Shown here one piece after another: positions 59,164-64,000 of a DNA stretch of 64,000 nucleotides (position 1 is the stretch's first letter; each line of letters opens with the position of its first letter). This DNA comes from an uncultured Acidimicrobiia bacterium (GTDB lineage: Bacteria; Actinomycetota; Acidimicrobiia; Spongiisociales; UBA4744). Below the pieces are notes generated by a model. It saw nothing but the letters and a program-made list of their open reading frames with translations. It had not been told where the DNA came from and ran no database searches. The stretch covers positions 20,026 through 84,025 of the forward strand of contig CAYLHS010000001.1 of NCBI GenBank assembly GCA_964383535.1. The letters are read 5' to 3'. Both the position numbers and the translations under genes were made by a program.

Positions 59164-60287
59164 TCATTGGAGTCCCCAAGGAGATCAAGCCGGGCGAGCA
59201 TCGCGTAGCCATCACCCCGGTCGGTGTGCGCGAGCTGGCCAATCGCGGCCATCGTGTCGTGATCGAGATGGAGGCAGGGGAGGGCTCGACCATTCACGAC
59301 GAGGAGTACGCGCTCCAGGGAGCCGAGATCCTGCCTTCTCCCGAGGCCGTCTTCGAGACGGCCGACATGGTCCTCAAGGTCAAGGAGCCACAGCCGCCGG
59401 AGGTGGCCATGCTCCGCAGCGGACAGGTGCTCTTCACCTATCTCCATCTCGCCGCCCATCCCGAGTTGACCAACGCGATGCTCCAACGTGATGCAGTCGG
59501 GATAGCCTACGAGACGGTGGAGCTTCCCAGCGGGGCGCTCCCGCTCCTTGCCCCCATGTCGGAAGTTGCCGGGAGGATGGGAACTCAGGCCGGCGCCTAC
59601 TTCCTCGAGAAGGCGCACGGGGGGAGAGGCATCCTCCTCGGAGGTGTACCCGGTGTCATGCCGGCGAAGGTGGTCGTGATCGGCGCTGGAATGGCCGGTG
59701 CCAATGCGGCCATGATGGCTGCAGGCCTCGGAGCTCAAGTCGTGGTCCTCGACACGGACGCCCGCAAGTTGCAGGCGCTCGACGCCATCTACCGTGGCAG
59801 GATCCTGACGTTGTCCTCGAATCTGCTCACGATAGAAGAGCAGGTCCAGGAGGCGGATCTGGTCATCGGGGCCGTGCTGCTTCCCGGCGCATCCGCCCCC
59901 AAGCTGGTCACCGAGGCCACCGTGAAGGAAATGAAGCGGGGATCGGTGCTGGTCGACATCGCGATCGATCAGGGCGGATGCTTCGAGACGAGCAGGGAAA
60001 CGACGCATCAGGACCCGACCTACCTACTGCACGAGGTGGTTCACTACGCAGTCGGCAACATCCCGGGAGCGGTTCCGCACACGTCGACCTACGCGCTCAC
60101 CAACGCGACGCTTCCGTATGCCCTGGCACTCGCGGACAACGGTGTCGCCGGTGCAACCGAACTCCACCCCGAGCTGCTTCTCGGATTGAACGTGATCGGC
60201 GACCACGTCGTTCACAGAGCTGTCGCCCAGAGCCTTGGGCTGCCCTACACGAACCCGACGGAGCTCCTGTCCCGGCTGCCCAAGTGA
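59160..60287 (+). CDS. ald: alanine dehydrogenase
   Basis: [21 protein letters not shown]-terminus and NAD Rossmann [13 protein letters not shown]; about 375 aa. Confidence 0.8.
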
Positions 60288-61165
60288 CGACCGAAGAAGA
60301 GATAGGCGAGTACCTCTCGTCGCTTGCCGTCGAGCGAGGGCTCGCGTCGAATACGGTCGCCGCATACCGGCGTGACCTCGGGCAATACGCGGCTTTCCTG
60401 AAAGGGCGTGAACCGACCACCGGGCTGGTGGTCGAGTATGTGGCCACGCTGCACGGCTCGGCGCTCGCCCCATCCACCGTCGCACGCAAGATCGCGTCGC
60501 TCCGGGGTCTTCATCGATTCCTCGTCGGGGAGGGGCTCACGAGCAGCGACCCGACCACGCTGATCGAGACGCCTCGGCTTCCCCGCCGCCTCCCGAAGGC
60601 CCTGAGCGTCGAGGAAGTGTTCCGACTTCTCGATACTCCGGACCCTGCGACTCCGCTCGGACGTCGAGACAGCGCCCTCCTCGAGTTCATGTATGCAACC
60701 GGAGCCCGAGTCGCTGAGACGGTCGGACTGGACCTCGATGCCATTGATCTGGTGGAGCGAACGGCGATCGTGACCGGCAAAGGCTCTCACCAGCGGATCG
60801 TGCCGGTCGGGGCACATGCCGTTTCTGCCATCGAACGCTACCTTCCAGACAGGATGCGACTGAAGGGAAGCAGTCCCGATCCAGGAGCGCTGTTCTTGAG
60901 CTCACGTGGACGACGCCTGAGTCGCCAGGGGGTCTGGGTGATCGTGAAGCGTCATGCCCTCAGAGCGGACATCGACAGGGATCGGATCTCACCACATGTC
61001 CTCAGACACTCGGCGGCGACCCACATGGTGGAGGGAGGGGCCGACCTCAGAACCGTCCAGGAGATGCTGGGACACGCTAGTATCTCGACCACACAGGCGT
61101 ACACCAAGGTGTCGCCCCAGCACCTCTACGAGGTGTACGTTTTGTCCCATCCGCGGAGCAGGTGA
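60284..61165 (+). CDS. xerD: tyrosine site-specific recombinase XerD
   Basis: GTGA overlap with the upstream stop; R..HxxR..Y catalytic pattern (HVLRHSAATHM ... Y in TQAYTKV). Confidence 0.8.
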   Translation: MTTEEEIGEYLSSLAVERGLASNTVAAYRRDLGQYAAFLKGREPTTGLVVEYVATLHGSALAPSTVARKIASLRGLHRFLVGEGLTSSDPTTLIETPRLPRRLPKALSVEEVFRLLDTPDPATPLGRRDSALLEFMYATGARVAETVGLDLDAIDLVERTAIVTGKGSHQRIVPVGAHAVSAIERYLPDRMRLKGSSPDPGALFLSSRGRRLSRQGVWVIVKRHALRADIDRDRISPHVLRHSAATHMVEGGADLRTVQEMLGHASISTTQAYTKVSPQHLYEVYVLSHPRSR

Positions 61166-61172
61166 GCGAACA

Positions 61173-61505
61173 ATGGACTCCATCCGTTCAGCACTCGAAT
61201 CCGAGCGCGAGGAACTCGTCCGACAGCTCGATGAGTTCGGCGCGACCGATCAGGGAAACCTGGGTTCGGACGTTCAATTCCCGGGCTCGTTCGCCGACGC
61301 GGGTGCCGCAGCGGCAGAACGAAGCGAGGTGATCGGCCTCGTACAGAGCCTGGCCCGAAGGGTCAGAATGGTTGACCGTGCCCTCGCAAAGATCGAAGAA
61401 GGCACCTATGGGGTATGCGACCGCTGCGGAAAGCCAATTTCCAGCGCGCGCCTCGAAGCACGACCTGAGTCGGTGTTGTGCCTCGAGTGCAAGTCGCGCT
61501 CTTGA
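61173..61505 (+). CDS. TraR/DksA-family C4 zinc-finger protein
   Basis: AGGTGAG ribosome-binding site; C-terminal CDRCGKPI...CLEC. Confidence 0.6.
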   Translation: MDSIRSALESEREELVRQLDEFGATDQGNLGSDVQFPGSFADAGAAAAERSEVIGLVQSLARRVRMVDRALAKIEEGTYGVCDRCGKPISSARLEARPESVLCLECKSRS

Positions 61506-62110
61506 GCAACCTCGCCCAGAACCTCCTGTTCATCGCTGTCCTCTTTCCATCGGTGATCCTGCACGAGGTATCACACGGGTGGGTGGCCGAACGGTTCGGT
61601 GATACGACTGCTCGAAGGGCGGGACGCATCACCCTGAATCCACTGGTGCACATCGATCCCGTGGGCACCGTGCTGGTACCGGCCGTCCTTGCATTCACGG
61701 GGGCGCCGGTGTTCGGATGGGCCAAGCCGGTACCGGTCGTGCCTGCACATCTTCACCGTCCCACCCGGGACATGGCGTTGGTGGGGATCGCCGGCCCGAT
61801 CACGAACGCCACACTCGCCCTCATCGCCGGCAAGGTGGTCCTGCCGTTCACATCGGGAACTGTCGAGCAAGTCATCTGGTACTTCGCCTATGTGAACGTC
61901 GTGCTGGCCGTGTTCAACCTCCTCCCGGTTCCTCCGCTCGATGGAAGCCGCCTTCTGCCCCTTGCGCTCGGACCACGAGGGAAACGCGTGTGGTCGTCGA
62001 TCGAGCCGTTCGGTCTGCTCATCGTGTTCGCCCTCTTGTGGATTCCTCAGTTCTCGGTCGTTCTCTCGGTTCCGATTCGGGCGCTTGCCGCGTTCGTGGG
62101 CCTGACATGA
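61478..62110 (+). CDS. site-2 protease (M50) family membrane metalloprotease
   Basis: HEVSH zinc motif within a TM helix; LDG motif further on. Confidence 0.65.
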   Translation: MPRVQVALLSNLAQNLLFIAVLFPSVILHEVSHGWVAERFGDTTARRAGRITLNPLVHIDPVGTVLVPAVLAFTGAPVFGWAKPVPVVPAHLHRPTRDMALVGIAGPITNATLALIAGKVVLPFTSGTVEQVIWYFAYVNVVLAVFNLLPVPPLDGSRLLPLALGPRGKRVWSSIEPFGLLIVFALLWIPQFSVVLSVPIRALAAFVGLT

Positions 62111-62607
62111 GCCGGTTGGGAGGCTGGTCACACCTCGCTCGGAGGTTCTTGGAGGTCCTCCGCGCCATGCCGCTGACCGAGGCACAGCGGAGTGAGGCTC
62201 GGTTGCTTCTTCGTTCCGACGGGGAAGCTGCGCTGTTCTTTGCCCAACCTCCCGCGGACCAACAGCACGGGCTCGCCGCGGCCCGCCACGCTCCACTTGG
62301 GCTTCGTCGTGCCGCGCTGCTCCATGACATCGGAAAGCAGATGTCGGGACTCGGGGTATGGGGACGGTCACTCGCGAGCGCTGCGGCGAAGCTGCACATT
62401 CCGGTACGAGGTCGGTTCGCTCAGTACCTCGCGCACGGCCCCATCGGGGCAGAGATGCTGGAGGCAGTAGGAGTCGAACAGGTCATCGTCGACTACGCCA
62501 GGTGCCACCATGCCGAAAGGCCGAAGAGCATCTCCCCTGAGGATTGGGCGCTTCTGGTGGAAGCGGATCGAAAAGCACGTCCGAACACCGGTTCCCCAAT
62601 ACGATGA
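62107..62607 (+). CDS. HD-domain protein
   Basis: ATGA overlap with the upstream stop; HDIGK motif. Confidence 0.55.
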   Translation: MSRLGGWSHLARRFLEVLRAMPLTEAQRSEARLLLRSDGEAALFFAQPPADQQHGLAAARHAPLGLRRAALLHDIGKQMSGLGVWGRSLASAAAKLHIPVRGRFAQYLAHGPIGAEMLEAVGVEQVIVDYARCHHAERPKSISPEDWALLVEADRKARPNTGSPIR

Positions 62608-63383
62608 TGCCTACCGTGAGGACGCACGAAGTCAAGACAGCCGTGTTCGAAGGTCCGCTGGATCTGCTGCTCCAGCTGATCACGAGTCACCAGCTCGAGA
62701 TCACCGCAGTCAGTCTCGTGGATCTGGTCGACGAGTACCTGGTGGTCATCGGTGAGATGGAGCGCTTGGACCTGGAAGTCACCAGCGAGTTCGTGCTGAT
62801 CGCGTCGACGCTCATCCAGCTCAAGGCTCGCCGTCTTCTCCCTACGTCGGATGGGTACGACCTCGATGAGGAGCTGGAGCTCATCGAAGAGCGAGACCGC
62901 CTCCTCTCTCGGCTCCTCGCGTGCGTGACATTCAAAGATGTCGCTGCGGTGATCGCCCACAGGATGGAGCAGTCAGACCGGTTCATGTCGCGGCCGTGGG
63001 GTGTCGACTTCGTTCTGCCCCTCCAGCCGGACACGCTCCCGCCAATCGATGCGAGCAGGCTGGCACACCTAGCGACAGAGCTGTTCGAGTTGGCACGGGT
63101 CGAGCCCGACCTCGACCATCTCGACCTCGACCTGCCGTCGGTCGCCGACGCCATGGCCGATCTTCGCAAACGCGTCACTGAGGAAGCGGAGGCGGACTTC
63201 TCTGACCTCGTTGCCCACACGGAGCGGCCGGTGGAGGTGATCGCCTACTTCCTCGCATTGCTGGAACTCGCCCGGTGGGGGGTGGTCGAAGCCACGCAAA
63301 ACGGCTGGCTGGCCGAGATTCGCGTGAGGGCGGCGGTCGTGGATCTGACGATCGCAAGCGAGTGGGGTGAGAGTCGTGAGTGA
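62604..63383 (+). CDS. scpA: segregation and condensation protein A
   Basis: FEGPLDLLLQLI kleisin N-terminal motif. Confidence 0.8.
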   Translation: MMPTVRTHEVKTAVFEGPLDLLLQLITSHQLEITAVSLVDLVDEYLVVIGEMERLDLEVTSEFVLIASTLIQLKARRLLPTSDGYDLDEELELIEERDRLLSRLLACVTFKDVAAVIAHRMEQSDRFMSRPWGVDFVLPLQPDTLPPIDASRLAHLATELFELARVEPDLDHLDLDLPSVADAMADLRKRVTEEAEADFSDLVAHTERPVEVIAYFLALLELARWGVVEATQNGWLAEIRVRAAVVDLTIASEWGESRE

Positions 63384-63939
63384 TGCCGAGCTCGTTCGCA
63401 CGATCGAGGCGATTCTCTTTGTCGCAGAAGTGCCCGTGTCCAGAGAGCATCTCGCAGAGGTGCTGGAGGTAGGAATCGACGATGCAGGTCGTGGGGTAGA
63501 CCTGCTCCGAGCCTCTCTCGATGAGCGAGGCTCAGGGCTCCTCGTCCGGGAGACAGGCGGGGGTTGGCGCCTGTACACGCGACCGGAGACCCGCCCGTAC
63601 CTCGAACGGCTCGCCACCTCGGAGTCATCCGCACGCCTTTCGAGTGCCGCGATGGAGGTGCTGTCGATCATCGCCTACCAGCAGCCCGTGTCCAAGGGGC
63701 AGATCGCCGAGATCCGCGGTGTCGACTCGGGCTCTGCGGTGCGGACACTCGAGCGAAGAGGACTCATCCAAGAGCGCGAGCGGCTCTCCACACCCGGAAA
63801 CCCCGCCCTCTACGAGACATCCCGCCTGTTTCTCGAGAAGGTGGGCATCAATTCGCTCACCGAGCTCCCACCGCTCGCAGATCACGTGCCTCCATCGGCG
63901 GTCGTGGAATCGCTCGAGGAGAGCTTCCGCCCAGAATGA
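63367..63939 (+). CDS. scpB: segregation and condensation protein B
   Basis: ELVRTIEAILFVAEVPVS and ScpB winged-helix repeats. Confidence 0.8.
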   Translation: MRVVSDAELVRTIEAILFVAEVPVSREHLAEVLEVGIDDAGRGVDLLRASLDERGSGLLVRETGGGWRLYTRPETRPYLERLATSESSARLSSAAMEVLSIIAYQQPVSKGQIAEIRGVDSGSAVRTLERRGLIQERERLSTPGNPALYETSRLFLEKVGINSLTELPPLADHVPPSAVVESLEESFRPE

Positions 63940-64000
63940 TCGAGCGCCTCCAGAAGCTCATCGCGCACTCAGGGCTCACCTCACGCCGAGGCGCCGAGGA
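63936..64000 (+). CDS. pseudouridine synthase (RluB/RsuA-type, S4 domain), 3' partial
   Basis: ATGA overlap with the scpB stop; MIERLQKLIAHSGLTSRRGAE is the S4-domain start; runs off the window. Confidence 0.6.
   Translation, partial: MIERLQKLIAHSGLTSRRGAE

Noticed and set aside
60284-61165. Tyrosine recombinase as a possible integrase marking a mobile element.
   Set aside because: It is embedded in the conserved pyrG-nudix-xerD-...-scpAB chromosomal order and coupled by GTGA overlap to ald. There is no flanking tRNA, direct repeats or phage/ICE genes. It is best read as chromosomal XerD.

Overview
This is a high-GC (about 65-70%) chromosomal segment that looks actinobacterial, with gene order closely matching Mycobacterium-type conserved loci. 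About 75 features are supported; most are chromosomal housekeeping or catabolic genes, and I found no transposases, CRISPR arrays, or rRNA/tRNA genes.

Reading from the left:
- **1-5.2 kb:** miscellaneous enzymes, including a partial amidohydrolase, a frameshifted cupin, a beta-lactamase-family lipoprotein plus a decayed fragment of a paralog, a lipoprotein and a GNAT acetyltransferase.
- **5.4-29.6 kb:** a dense amine/polyamine catabolic island. It carries five aldehyde dehydrogenase paralogs (one MmsA-type), two class-III aminotransferases, an FAD amine-oxidase-like enzyme and an amidohydrolase. It also carries a complete potABCD spermidine/putrescine ABC importer, a saccharopine-dehydrogenase-like protein, a MarR+MFS pair, a KorA/KorB 2-oxoacid:ferredoxin oxidoreductase and a bifunctional formimidoyltransferase-cyclodeaminase.
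- **29.5-33.8 kb:** small proteins absent from the ORF track (zinc ribbons, 1-2 TM peptides), two transporters (EamA and MFS) and a holin-X-like / DUF3618-like pair.
- **33.8-36.0 kb:** a translationally coupled ttuB-like (ThiS-fold, C-terminal GG) / ttuA-like PP-loop thiolase / trmI tRNA-modification operon, plus a small ferredoxin.
- **36.0-47.9 kb:** a complete Pup-proteasome locus in canonical order: arc/mpa (ends GQYL), dop, pup, prcB, prcA, pafA, pafB, pafC, an extra zinc-ribbon ORF, tatA, tatC and helY. Pup is 59 aa, ends in GGE and is missing from the ORF track.
- **47.9-52.9 kb:** a DagK-like lipid kinase, an acidic DUF4193-like Cys4 protein, a Ppm1-like polyprenol-phosphate mannosyltransferase, a GNAT, a NUDIX hydrolase, a DUF1015-like protein and a HAD hydrolase.
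- **52.8-64.0 kb:** a rhomboid protease, then tlyA-nadK-recN, pyrG-nudix-ald-xerD, a TraR/DksA zinc finger, an S2P protease, an HD protein and scpA-scpB-rluB (partial). Much of this matches the Mycobacterium tuberculosis Rv1694-Rv1711 gene order.

Many adjacent genes overlap by 1-4 nt (ATGA/GTGA), indicating long polycistronic units. Start coordinates were chosen by hand from ribosome-binding sites and N-terminal homology and may be off by a few codons.
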